From Octopus sinensis (taxonomy: Eukaryota), in assembly GCF_006345805.1 (NCBI RefSeq), contig NC_042999.1, positions 144,212,001 through 144,276,000 of the forward strand: 64,000 bases of DNA, given 5' to 3'. Positions 40,865-55,030 of the stretch are shown here, in pieces. The notes below the pieces were generated by a model. That model was given only the letters and a program-made list of their open reading frames with translations. It did no database searches and was not told where the DNA came from. A program made the translations under genes and the position numbers. Every line of letters starts with the position of its first letter. The stretch's first letter is position 1.

Positions 40865-41264
40865 TGTTTGTATTACACACACACACATGCAATATGTGTG
40901 TGTATATATACACAAACATACATGTATGTGTGTGTATGTATATATATGCACATATATATAATAGTCACATATATACACAAACATACAAAAGATATACACA
41001 TACATACATATATACATATATGTACACACCCCCCACACACATATATATACACCTACACGCATATATTTATACACTGATATACACATAAATACATATATAC
41101 AAATATATACATATGAATATAAATACACACACACACATATATATACATGTTTCTTCATAAACACACATGTGTGCAAATGCACACACACACACAAAAGTAA
41201 GGATAAAACCATTGTAATGATTTTATCAAGAATTTATATTAATATATAATATAATAATATTATA

Positions 41265-41319
<55 letters not shown>

Positions 41320-41689
41320 GCACACACATGTACATACATGCACAAATATACATTTCTATACACACACTCACACACGACTGATTGCTAGATAGATACAGAG
41401 ATATAGGAAATTTGTAACAATTCAATGTGTAAACTAAACATTCATACATCAAGCATACGAATATATAAATTACAATCGTACAAGAAAAATATATATTTTA
41501 GCAATACACACATATACAAACAAAATAAACTAAAATGAAAAAATAATATCAAATAAAAAAAAAATGATCTCTTAATGATGGGTTTGTGAAAATTGAAATC
41601 TTCTAGTCTAACATCTGTTGTGAGTATTATATAATGTACATATATTTTTACACTTTTTTCCAAGACTAAAAATCATATATATACTATAT

Positions 41690-42160
41690 ACAAACATATA
41701 TACACACATATATATACATGTATATACATATATACATATACACATATATACATATGTATATATATACACATATATATACATATGCATATATATATATTCA
41801 CATATATATATATATACATATATATATACACATATATACATATACATACACATATATACATACATATATACACACATATATATATACACACACATATATA
41901 TATATACACACACATACACACATACATATATATACACACACATAAATATATACACATAAATATATATACATATACACATATGCATACACAGATACATATA
42001 TACATACATATATATATATACATATATACACACACATATATATATATATACATACACATATATATACATACATATACACATACTATGTTATATAAATATG
42101 TATATACATACAAATATATAGATACATATATACATACAAATATATACATACATACACACA
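41690..42160. repeat. long degenerate (AT)/(AC) low-complexity tract
   Basis: Directly visible. Confidence 0.95.
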
Positions 42161-42654
42161 TATCATCATCATCGTTTAATGTGGAAAACGGACGTTAAAC
42201 GATGATGATGATATCCACATATATATATATATATATATATACACAAACACACAAATATATGCATACACATACATATATATATACTGCTTTTGTTTGTTTT
42301 ACTGTATAAATACACAAAAGTGCTCAATATATACCTACGTTAGAAATGTGCATAGTCTGTTATAATTTTGTATGTTGGTGACAATAAATTTTTCATCAGA
42401 GTGTTCCTAATGCTGAGTAAACATTGACTATAAAGTAAATTTTTACAAAACATTCAAGTCTAAATATGTAATCTCATATGTATGTACATAAACAACTGCA
42501 TGTATATAAATGGAGGGAAAGGGTGATAATATATAGATTATATTGTGATGTGATATACTGCAGCTGCACACAAACATATACACAATTCATACATAAACAC
42601 ATATAAATGCATAAATGTACATACAGACATATATATATATGACGACATTTATTA

Positions 42655-42685
<31 letters not shown>

Positions 42686-42704
42686 AATATAGATGACCTT
42701 TATC

Positions 42705-42754
<50 letters not shown>

Positions 42755-42964
42755 AGAGGAAAAGGTACAGAATTCAGAAATAGAGTATAAATACTTAATG
42801 AAATGCTGAGATTATTGTTTTACTACTCACAAATGTTTGTTTGTTTATGTGATTGTGTGCATGTGTAGTTTAATGTTGACTACTAAAATTACTAACAAAA
42901 AAAGTTTGTTTATAAGTTACCTAATTGAAAATAGAGATGTCTTAATAGTGAATATATAAGAATA

Positions 42965-44615
42965 ACAATAATAATTGTTTCAAATATATGTACAAAGCCA
43001 GCAATTTTGAGAGGAGAGGTTACTTGATACCATCAACACAGTATTTAACTGGTACTTTATTTTATTGACCATAGAGAGATGAAAGGCCAAGCAAACCTCA
43101 GCAGGATTTGAACTGAGAACATAAAGAGTCAGAACAAATATCACAAACTATTTTCCCAATGTCCTAATGGTTCTACCAACTTACCACTCTAATAATAAAT
43201 TGTTTCACATTTTGACACAAGGGCAGCAGTTTTTTTTTAGGGAAGGGATCTAGTCAATTATATTGACCCCAATACTCAACTAGTACTTTATTTTATTGAC
43301 TCCAAAAGGACAAAAGGCAAATGTGACCTTGGGAGGATTTGCACTCAGAACATAATGAGTTGGGAGAAACAGCCATTTTCTCTGACGTTAACAACTCTAC
43401 CAAATCATTGCCTTAATAATGATAATAATAATCCTAATTTTGGCACAAGGCTATGTTGGCCTTTTAGAGGAGGGGGTTAAGCCATTACATTGATTCCAGT
43501 CCTCAAATGGTATTTCATTTTATCAATCCCAAAAGGATGAAAGGCAAAGGTGAACCACACTGAAATTAGAGCTCAGACCATAAAGAGTTGGAAGAAATGC
43601 CATTAAGCATTTTGTCAAATGCAGTAACATTTCTGCCAGCTTGCTACCTTCAATAATGATAATAATCTTTTCTACTATAGGTACAAGGCCTGAAATTTTG
43701 GGAGGGGGATAGTCAATTACATCAACCCCTGTGTGTAACTGGTACTCATTTTATCAACCCCAAAAGGATGAAAGGCAAAGTTGACTTCGGCAGAATTTGA
43801 TCTCAGTATGTAAGGACACATTCAAAGATAATAATAATTCTTACTATTATAGGTAAAAAACCTGAAATTTGGGGAGAAGGGGTTTACGTGATTACATCAA
43901 CCCCAGTACGTAACTGGTACTTATTTTATTGACCCCCAAAAGGATGAAAGACAAAGTCAGCTTCAACAGAAATTGAACTCAAAACATAGAGTCAGATGAA
44001 ATGCCACTAAGCATTTAGTCTAACACACTAATTCTGCAAGCACGCTGCCTTCTTTGGTTTCAAATTTTGGCACAAGACCAGCAATTTTAGGGATGAGGCA
44101 GGAGTCAATAACATCAACCTCAATGCTCAGATAATACTTATTTTATTGACCCTGAAAGGATGAAAGTCAAAGTGGACCTTCGTGGAATATGAACTCAAAA
44201 CATAAAGAGCAAGAAATTCCATACATTAACATTTCTGCATGTTTGCTAACCTGAATAATAATAATAACTTCTTATTTAGGCAAGAACACAAATTTTATGG
44301 GAGGTGAAAAAACAGAATTGATATTCACCCTTTCTCAAGAGCATTAGTATCAAAAACAAAGGGATTTTAGTCAAACTGGGAATCAAAAATAGAAGTTTGA
44401 GCTTACCTTTTAGCCCTATAGTACTGACCACTATAATAATGATAATAATTTCTAATTTTGACAGATGCCAAACATTTTGTTGGAGTTGGGGTTGGGTAAG
44501 TGATTTGCCTACATGAAAGACAACCTCACAAAATTTGAACTCTGAAAAGGGATGTAACTAAATATCACAAAGTATTTTGTTCAGCATCTATCAATTCTGC
44601 TATTCACTGACCTAA
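42965..44615 (-). mobile_element. head-to-tail cluster of about 7 tRNA-SINE copies separated by short (AAT)n
   Basis: Roughly 200-bp units recur near 42975, 43199, 43430, 43664, 43835, 44053 and 44445. Nearly all carry GGATGAAAGGCAAAG..GAATTTGAACTC-like sequence in the same orientation. Confidence 0.88.
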
Positions 44616-47600
44616 TAATAATGATGATGATGATGATGACACCAATGAAGATAAATAAACAGTGAATACAAAAAGGACATTTTGTAATATATACCAGCTG
44701 TGGCCTGAAACATTATCATTAGTCCCAAAGGAAACAAGTAACAGTGTAACCAGCACTGAAATAGCACAGTGTATTTTGAATTAGGTGAGAATTTCTTATA
44801 ACAGTATGTTGATTTGGCATCTTCTCAGAAATATACACCCGATTAATACTGGAAATGATTTTTTGTTGTTTTTGTGGGGTTTTTTAAGTACAAAGATAAA
44901 CAACATTTTTGTTGGGGAGAGAGATGAACTGAATCTCATTGGTAAACAGAAGTGTTTTAAGAAAAATCATTCATATATAACAAATAGTGGTTAACAGAGA
45001 CCATTAAAATGTTGTCATAATGTATCTAATTTTTTCCAATTTATGGTATTCCATAATGAGTTATTAAACTTACTGATACCAAGTGAAATGGAGAAATTGC
45101 ATTTGTAGTTTTTATTTCACAAAAGTGAAACAAATTCTATTCTCATAGGGAATCAAGACAATTGCAAACATGCTTTATCTATACTATACTACTCATCAGA
45201 TTCAATGAAAGGTTAACAAATTGTGATATTCATACTTCTCACAAATGGTACCATTTACAACTAGGGAGAATGAACTATTGACAGTTAAATTTCTTGGCTC
45301 TGGATTTAATAAGATGGGAGCCAGTGACCAATCAGCAAGTAGACTGACATTATCAACCTTGCCAGGAAGAACATGGCTTTTTACGCTCTAGTAAAGATAA
45401 TGTCTCTCTGAACTGCTAACAACAAGCAAAAGGAGTTCAGATTCCATTAAGATAACTTCTCTAGTGTTTGTAACATGGCCCCATTATTTAGTTTGTTTTT
45501 TACATTAATATTGTCAAAGTTTTTTTTCTTTCACACATTTTACAACCACAATCCTTTACTATCCTAATTCTATCCATTCATGTGTGAAGTCAGAAGGGAG
45601 ACTATTTTTGACAGTCAGTCAAACTGAAGCAAGCAGAATTATGTAACTTACTAATGGCTCTTGGAGTGACATCAGTAGATTTGACAATGTAGTCCATAGT
45701 TAAGCACCCTAACCTCATAATCATTGTGCTTCTATCCAGTTATTCAACAGTTCAATGTAGTAAATAAGAACCAAACATTTTAAATCTTCAATTTTTAATA
45801 AATATGAAAGGTTCACCAAGACTCAGTTATCAATACTCAGATATTGTAGTTTGGTACTAATGCTCCCTGCAGCATTTGATCAATCACAACTGAGTTTTCC
45901 TTAAATACAGTTGACCAAATCTAATCAACAACTACTCCTACATTGAAATCATTGGAGTTAATTACAAACTAACATCTAATGTTGATTATCAGAAATTAGG
46001 CAGCTGACACTAATACACTTGACAGAAGTAGTTAAAATACTGACTGGTTAAATCAATTTATCAATTAAATGGACAAAAGAGAAAAGAGTACATTGTTTAA
46101 AAGGTCATTTGCATTTAAATCCCACCGAGTTTCACATAGTTGCACATCTTTTTAATACCATGAGTACCAGTGATTCTAAAGAACATCAAGAGAAAAGGGG
46201 AGTGCTTTCATCACTCCAACTTTGTGATGACCATTTTACTTTTCCAGATTCTGATATAGTAAATTCATATTTATGATTAAGGAGACAACTTGGATTTGAT
46301 TAAAAAATTTGATAATCTATAAATTATTTTGTGCTGAATCACATAATTTACTAATCAGGGTATTTTGTTTCTGTCCAATTGTTCCCTCATGCAAGAAAGG
46401 CCAAGAAAGGAGCTCCTGAAACAAGGAGTACTAAATATCATAATAAACTTAAACATACATTGTTTTATAAAATATACACTACATGTCTATATGAAAGCAT
46501 GCTAAGTTAATAAACAGTGCAAGTGGCAATATACTAAGCTGATAAATAGTGACAGTATATGATGTTAATAAATACTTTTAAATAAGTGAAATATATCGAA
46601 AAGTATTAGTAGGCCAGTATTGTATCCTAATGAAAGTAATGTTTAAGACAAGGCTCACAGAATATGTTCTTTATACAGTTATGTATTCTGCATAATAATT
46701 AACACAAATTACCATAAATTCTGAAATTTTAAATTAAGGACCTTTTTCTTAAACCTTTATATACTCACATATTATCAGTTTTACTTTAGTTTTATGAACC
46801 CTTGAAAGTCATTGAATCTCAAGCCAAAGGGCTCTAATTTGTTCACCATACAAACTCTGGCAGATTATCTATCAACAGCTTAGGTATTGCACAATTGTTG
46901 ATTATGACTTGTTGGGTTGCAAAATTTAAGCTTAAATGCTACTTATGCCTCAACAATGAATAATTCCAAATTCACTCAATATGTAAAATATACCAACTAA
47001 ATTTCTGTTTGACACCTCTTTATTCATTCAGCTATTTTTCATTTCATGTAAATATGTGTGACATTAGTTTTATTGGATCAATTGTTTATATGGTAAGATG
47101 TCCTTCCTATCATTAATCATTCAAACATGAGGAAAGAGACTGCTCTGTATCACTCAAACTGAAGCAAGCAGTTGATATAGTAGTAAGAACTGGACTTATG
47201 ACCATATGGTCAATAGTCCAGTATCTTAACTTTAGAGCCATATAAATAAGAAATATTTTAAATCTTAAATCATAGAAAAGCATATTCAACAAAAAAGACA
47301 AGATGGTCAATCAAATGATTCTTTGAATAGTTTCTTTTTCCATAAAACCCAATAGCTATATAATCTGAAGTTCAAACTCTCAATGTAGCAAACTAAACAA
47401 TAAGGATGGCATGGCTTAGCTAGAACAGCCATTTTATCATTTTATTTTTAAAGGGCTTAGATTCACTTCTGCATACCTGTATGAATGTTAGAACAATAGA
47501 TTTTTAGAGCTAAATACCCTTACTACTGCAAACCACTCGACTGTATGGGTGAATGAACCTAGTTTTGTTCAGTTGGGCAAACTAGACCAAATGTTTTAGA

Positions 47601-48539
47601 ATAAATTACTTATATAAGCCATCCACATTAAAAACAATGATAAAGTTAGTGTTAGCATCTAATGTAGGAAGCTTAAAAATGCTGAGATAACAAAAAACAA
47701 TATTAATGTTTCATTAATATAGTTTTAATTATTCCAGTAAATATAGGAAAAGATTTTAGGCATTTTACAGCCTTATTATGACTTCATCAATGAATCATAT
47801 ATTTTAATGTACTTGACAAAAGAAATGCTATGTTGCTTGCTCAATAATACAATGCAATAATAGTTAATAAAAGCTGAACTAATGACCATGTAATCAATAA
47901 TCTAGTAGCTTAACTTCATAGCCATTGTGCCTCTTAAATTACATAGAGATTAACTGATACTGAATATCCTACAAATATGGCACATAGACAAGTAGATTGC
48001 ATCTAAACATCTCATCAGTTGCCACTTCTGTATGTGTGTGTGTGTACATATACTACATACATTTGTATGTATTTTGTATACAGATGAATAAAACCAAGAC
48101 TTTATTTGACAATACTAAAATTAAACCTAAAAAAAAAAGAAGAGTGGGCAGTTATTTTCTTAAATGAAAGTTGAAACTGGAATACTAACTTTTTGTCCAA
48201 AACAAAAAAAGAGAAAAAGTTTTTATAACCTATGACTAGTTCTAATTTTGTTATGTTAGCAGGACACATTCTATTAGTTTGCATGCTGAAAAGGGATTTT
48301 TCACTTCTCCAAACATAAAAACTATTTAGTTTATGTTAAAGAATTGTGACACATGTGACAGGTTGACAACTCATGAAGCTCTGTTCTGAATGTGTGTGTG
48401 GTAAGCATCATAGCAGAACAACAAAGTGAAAATATAACCTTTTCAACATTCAAACTGAGTCAAATGCAGCTTTCATAAAGACAGAACTGTTTCTTTGCTC
48501 ACACTCTCCATACTAGAACTCAATGATTTCATAGTAGAA

Positions 48540-48735
48540 ATATTGGTTTCAAATTTTGACAAGTTCGGGGGAGGTAGTAAGTTGATTACATACTCAACTG
48601 GTTCTTATCTTATTGACTCCAAAAGGATGAAATGCAAAATCAACCTCAGTGGAATTTGAACTCTTAATGTGAAGATGGATTAAATGTTGATAAGCATTTT
48701 GCCCAGCATTCTAATGATTCTGCCAGCTCACTCTC
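48540..48735 (-). mobile_element. tRNA-derived SINE (25787 family)
   Basis: GGATGAAATGCAAAATCAACCTCAGTGGAATTTGAACTC..TTCTGCCAGCTCAC. Confidence 0.82.
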
Positions 48736-49410
48736 ACATTTGCAGTAGGAATATTGCCATCATATATCAAAAGGATAATGTTTTTTGTTATAAAGTATCA
48801 TCATTGCTTAATTTCTATAAGAATACATCAACATGGCTAACTATTATTAATTACTAAAACAGCAATATTGAAATTGCACCAAACACACACACAAAAAAAA
48901 CAATACTGCAACCTGACAATAAGATTAGTTGAATAGTTGAAACTATGTGAAATCTTTTGCCTACAAACATGGACTACAATATTACTTTTGGCATAGAACT
49001 TGTTGCACTTTTGTACAAGTCCAATATCACAGCAACTGAATTTAAAATTATATAAAATGTTAACCCTTACTAGTATACCACTTGCAAATAGATTCTCATA
49101 TTTAAGTGTAATAAATAAAGTATTAAAAAACAAACATTATTCCCTTTTCATTATCAGAGGACCTCTACACCATGAGCAGACAAAAAGATAATGATAAAAA
49201 TAAATAAATCAAGAGGTATTTTACATTATCAGTTTTTCATAATACTCAAAAATAAAATGCTGATAACCATGAGAAATTCAAGATCTAAAAACTAAAATGA
49301 TATTGACTTACACTGCTGAACTAATTGTGATTAGACCAGATGTCTAGAGAGTGTGATATGCTATAAAGCAGGCTAGCACCTTTACTACAATGTACTTGCT
49401 AAATAAAATC

Positions 49411-49444
<34 letters not shown>

Positions 49445-52400
49445 CAGTGGTGTGCAGAGACTTTTGACATTGGTCATGCAATGAATATGAAGGTCAATTG
49501 AAAAGTTCATAGGCTGACCAAAATTCTCTCATGGAATATGACCAAATAAGATTTAGTTTTCTACATAGACCCCTCCCCCTTGAAGTTCATACAGTTGTTC
49601 CATTGGTATTGCAGTGCTTGAATCCCATTGGTGAAGAAACGTTCATCCTCCTGGTAAAAAGTGATCTACAGCAGATATGATGTCATCATCACTGTGATAC
49701 TGGTTCCCAGTCATGTGTTTTTCATGTTGGCAAACAGATGATAGTCAAATGGGGCCAAATTAAGGGAATAAGGATAGTGATCAACTAATTAAAAGCCACA
49801 GCCATGCATAGCAGCCATTGAAACTAAGGGCATGTGTGCTGGAGTATTGTCCTAATGAAAGAAGACTCCTTTTGTTAGTTTTCCTGAGCATTTGGTAACT
49901 GCCTCAGCATGTTGGCATAGTACACTCCATTGACAAGGTGGCCCTTTTGAAGATAATCACAATGTCAATAAACACAAAGCCTTTTGCATTCCAAATAACT
50001 GAGGTCATCACCTTCCCTGCAGATGAAACGACCTTGGTCTTCTTTCGAGCAGCTGAGGAGGGTTGTTTCCACTGCATGGATTATCTCTGGCTTAAAGTGA
50101 TGAACCTAACACTCATTATGGATTATGATACATTCAAGAAGACCAAGTGGATCTGCCACAAACAATGTCAGATTTTTCTGTTGTGTGATCAGTTTGATGT
50201 GCTTTGATCAGGTGTCAGATGTAGCACCCATCAAGAATGAACCTTCATCATGCCAAGTTCATTGTGCAGAATATTCTCAACTCTCTCACAGGATATGCTA
50301 ATAACATTGGCTATTTGATTCATAGTCAATCGCCTGTTATCCATCAACATGTGGTGAATGATCAATGTTTTCCTTGGTGATCTTCAAAACTATCCCGTTC
50401 CCTCCTAAGTTCAGCTGCCCACTGAAGCATCATTCTGTAATGTAGCAACCAGGTCAGCAGGAATGTCCTTGGGGGCTAAAGCCTTTTCTGAAGATATGTG
50501 ATACACCACAATGCCAAATTTTATCTATTTTCGAGAGAAGTAGCTACTAGTAACTTTTGAAGTCTTCTTTGAACAGTCAGATGTCAGTTTGCCTGAAAAG
50601 AAACAATGCATTTATTAATATGTGGAGTTGAAATGAATGCATGCAAGATTTCTAGCATCACTCCTTCATAGTCAGCCTATGAAATTTTCAAGCTACCCTC
50701 ATACTTATTGGTTGAGCTGATTCATCTTTTAAATTGTTTAATTAAGAGAACCAAATTAGTTTCATAATATGGCCATGATGGTCGCTGTTTTAATGTGTTT
50801 AAAAATTTCAGAAAAGATGTACAAAAAATTATTTACATACCTCATTTATAAATTAATTCAGTTCTTTGATCTTTTAGGGCAAAAATATTTATTACATTGT
50901 CACAGAAATCTTGTTTTAATTAGTTGTTGAAGTAAATATTTTTCAATTGATATAAGAGCCAACCCCAAAAGTCTTTTCTCTCTGGTGGTATTTCTTTGGT
51001 AAGTTTTAATTCTTTTCAATGCAGAAAAGGACAGCTCTACAGGGGCAGTTGTAGACAGAATTGTCAAAATAAGGTTGCAAAGATTGAAGAGTTCTGGCAT
51101 TGCTTCTATCATATCATTGATGCATTAAATTACTCACACTGCTTTTTAAAATCTTTCATAGAATACAAAACATTTAATTCACTCTGAAATCGTATTATGT
51201 CAAAAAAAAAAAAAAAACTACCGTAAGTAGTTTTTAAAGAAATTTTTTGTGATATTCCTCACTTTTGCTGAAATTGAAAAGTTCTATGAATTTAAGCTTT
51301 TCTAAGGATGAGCATTGCATTATTAATTGGTCAGCTATTGTGCCAATAATGTTGTTATAGAGCATTCTATAATGTTGTTGGAGATCAATAGATTTATTCC
51401 TGGATATTTTAATTTCAATTGCTGCATCGATGCCATATTTTTCCTCTAACATATCATAAAATATTGAAAAATTGACTTTTATTTTCAAGTACGCTTCTAG
51501 TTTTATCTATTTGCTCTTTACAATATACTATGTTATGATTAGTTTGAAGGATGTTAAATAAGACATCAATAAAAGAAAATATGTCACTAAATACTTCTGA
51601 TAAAAATAAGAAATCGGGAGCATTTAAATTATGTAAGAATCCAAAAGCATAATTTATTGTGGTCTCATCCCATGCTTCAGGGCTTTCAATGATGTCTTCA
51701 AAAAGGCTGATTATGAAATTACAATTTTCTTTTATAATAAGAACAAGACACGAGGAGTAGTTCCATCTGGTTCCTGTAGCATTTTTTAACTATGCTATGT
51801 AATAAATTAGCCCTTTTAGGTAATTTCATAAAAAATGTACCCAGTTCATTTATGGCAGAAGAAAATATTTTGCATTCTTTTATAGCAGAGCATGCTTACA
51901 AAAGAACTAAATTAAATGCATGAGCACAACTATGAACAATGATCACATATTCATATTTCTCTCTTACTTTTGACTGCAACCCATTTAATTGCCTGCCATT
52001 GCAGTGGCACCTTCATAGGTTTGTGCAATTAATTTGCTTCCACATGTCCATGTTTCAATGCATTTAAAAACATCTTCAGATAAAGCATTTGCTGAGCAAT
52101 CTATTCTAACATCATTAAAACCGATAAATCATTTTTTAATAACACAATCTTTGTAACATAATGTAAAACAGTTGAAAGTTGTGAATAGTTTGATACATCA
52201 GATGTTTCATCTACAACAAAAGCTACAAATTTAGCCTGCTTCAGTTCATTTTCTATTTCATCCAACAAAACTTTTTGAACTGCATCAATCAAGTCATTTT
52301 GAATTCTGTTTCAGAAACCTGAGAAAACAAGATGTATCAAGATAGCTTGCCAATTTTTTGTCATATTTACTGATTAAATATAAGAGTTCTTTACAATTTC

Positions 52401-52950
52401 CATGATTATTGGATTCAAAATGACCCCGAAATGATAATTCCTGGCTACTGAGAAAAATAACTGCACTGACCTAATGCCACAGAATGGACTTGTTTCATTT
52501 ATCCTCTTCATTATGCTGTTGTATGCTCTGTTTTCTATACGCATCCAATTGCAAGTCTATCCAAACATTCCCAAATGTCTTAAGATCTATGAAAGATTTT
52601 ATACATCTTTGAGGAAGTTCATGTTTTAGCAGATTATTTTAGCAGATTATGTTTTAGTAGATTATTTAAATCATTGTAACCATTATCACTTCAAACATGT
52701 TTTTCTAAACTAAGTAACAAGCATGACTAACAGAATAACTAATTTAGCTTAGCACTTCCAGTTAACTATTTTTTCCTTTCATATAGATTAGTGTGAAATT
52801 GTCAAATACATTTCTTGATGGAACATTGCAAATTAGGTAATTTTAGCATTAGTCTGCTATCATTTATAATTAACTGTTTCCTTTCAAAGTCTGTTTTTGA
52901 AAAAGTATTTTTCAAAAGTTCTTCTAAAGCACACATGTCAGTCATTAAGA
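49445..52950 (-). mobile_element. degenerate hAT transposon (ZMYM1/Tip100-like transposase) with a nested mariner
   Basis: IQNDLIDAV..KFVAFVVDETSDVSNYSQLSTVLHYV (catalytic D region) and LTILSTTAPVELSFSALKRIKTYQRNT..RLLGLALISIEK (hAT dimerization domain) are present. A hAT-type end CAGTGGTGTGCAG is at 49445. The other end was not located. Confidence 0.85.
49488..50701 (-). mobile_element. near full-length degenerate mariner transposon
   Basis: TIRs TGAAGGTCAATTGAAAAGTTCATAGGCTGAC / GTCAGCCTATGAAATTTTCAAGCTACCCTCA, with TA on both flanks. Remnants WVLHLTPDQ and SMQWKQPSS..KVVSSAGKVMTSVIWN are visible. Confidence 0.9.
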
Positions 52951-53688
52951 TTCCTATTTCAAAAGTTCAAAAGATTTTATAATTGAAATATATGCACGTG
53001 TGTGTGTGGTGGGGGGGGGGGGGGTTGAAAGTCAATTTTAATAAAATGGAAAATAATCTTTATAAATCAAGGAAGCAACAAAAGATCCTGGTCAAAAGGG
53101 AGAAAACCCAACTTACATTGGACATATAATCCAAAAAAGTCCAGCAATGTAACAATAGACATTAGATATCAAAGATAAAATAAATAACTTTGTTCTATTG
53201 GCAAAACTTCGGTCCTTAGTAGCCTGAATCACTGAACTAATCTGACTGACAAAGAATTTTGAAAGGGCTTTTATTATTAGACTGAGGTCAAATGGTCAAA
53301 TCCATTCAACCATGTGGTCAGTCTTTAGCAACACCAATTATAAAGAACTGACAGAACATAGAGAGAGATATTGGCAGATAGAGAGAGGAGATCAAAGAGA
53401 AGAAACTTCATGCATTTTTAACATTGCATGACTTTGAAACTATTTTTAATAGAATGGGAAATGAGGTCAGAATAGAGCTGTCTTCAATAATCCAAGTAAA
53501 TGCTCAGTTTATATTGATTGCATTTGATGGTCTTCTTCAAAACAAGTTAATGAGTTAGTTTCATTTTCAATGATTTTGAAGACTTTTTGATATAGTTACA
53601 AATAAATTACATTATTAAATTTATTTTTGATTTATATAAAAATAAATGGCCATGCAATGCATGACTTGCATAGCTGGAGCACACACAG

Positions 53689-53691
<3 letters not shown>

Positions 53692-53756
<65 letters not shown>

Positions 53757-53873
53757 TATATATATACATATATATACACACACACACATATATATATACA
53801 TATATATACACACACACACACATATATATACATATATATATACACACACACACATATATATACATATATATAT

Positions 53874-53922
<49 letters not shown>

Positions 53923-53985
53923 CATACATGCACAGGCACACACACACACACACACATGTATATGTGTACACAGACACATGCACAA
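53692..53985. repeat. compound (AT)n/(AC)n microsatellite
   Basis: Directly visible. Confidence 0.97.
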
Positions 53986-55030
53986 TATAATCAAAACCTT
54001 TAAGTGCAATTAGTTTCATCATTATTTTCTATACAATGCTATGTTAACCATAAAGAACATAATAAGTATTAAAAAAATCAGGATGAAACTAACCACTCTA
54101 AAAGGTCTTTTTATTATATGGCCTTAAAATTAGAAATAAAATCATGGTTATATCGTGATGTATATGTCTTGGACCCCAAAATATCACACTACAAACAAAT
54201 TTTCACTCTATGTATATATGCTTCAACTTAAAATACATTTGTATTTGCAACAATTTGAGACTTTGCCCAAATAAATATGAACAAATAAAGAAAGAAAATA
54301 TCAAGCAAGAAATATTAACAATTAGAAAGAATACCCTTATTCTTTCAATCAGTTACATTGTAATGTGCTTTTTTTTTTGTTTTGTCTTTTCCTTTGATTC
54401 AGTTACAGATATGACTCAATTTTAAGAGACATGTATGTAACTTTGTACTGTATCATCATGCAATGAAATAGAAAGCTGAAAGAACTCTTAGATGATGGTC
54501 AATAGCAATTCTAGAATTGTTCAGTTGTTTGTTTTAAATTAGCATACAGTTACCAGTCCTCTTTCATAGTGTTCAATTTAAAAACAAACAAAAAACTTAA
54601 AATAAAGCAAATATGAATATATATTTCAACGTAATAGCCTATTTTAATCAATATATTAACTCACTTCTAAATGAATGGGGAAAAAAGAAATAAAAAATAT
54701 AACCTTAAAATAATAATAATAATAATAATTATAATAATAATAATAACAACAACAACAACAACAACTAAGAATCTCTAGGGAAAATAGTCAACACATTTTC
54801 TCAAGTTAAAATTCTAAAGCCTGAAAAAAATAAATTAACTGCCTAGTAGAACAGAAACAATTGAAAAGATGTATTTTTTTTTTCCAAGAAGATTCAGTCG
54901 AAGGCATTAGTCAACACATTGGTGATAAAAATTTACCTCTGTGGACTCATCAACAATATAATACAGCATTTAGTCACAACCAATTAAAACAAGATACACA
55001 TTTCATTTTTGTGAGTTTATCAGAACAATT

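Noticed and set aside
42965-44615. Regularly spaced repeats resembling a CRISPR-like array
   Set aside because: The units are roughly 200-bp diverged SINEs with no identical short repeats or unique spacers, no cas genes, and a eukaryotic context
53214-53234. Candidate second hAT TIR (..AATCACTG)
   Set aside because: Poor match to the 49445 end and no 8-bp TSD
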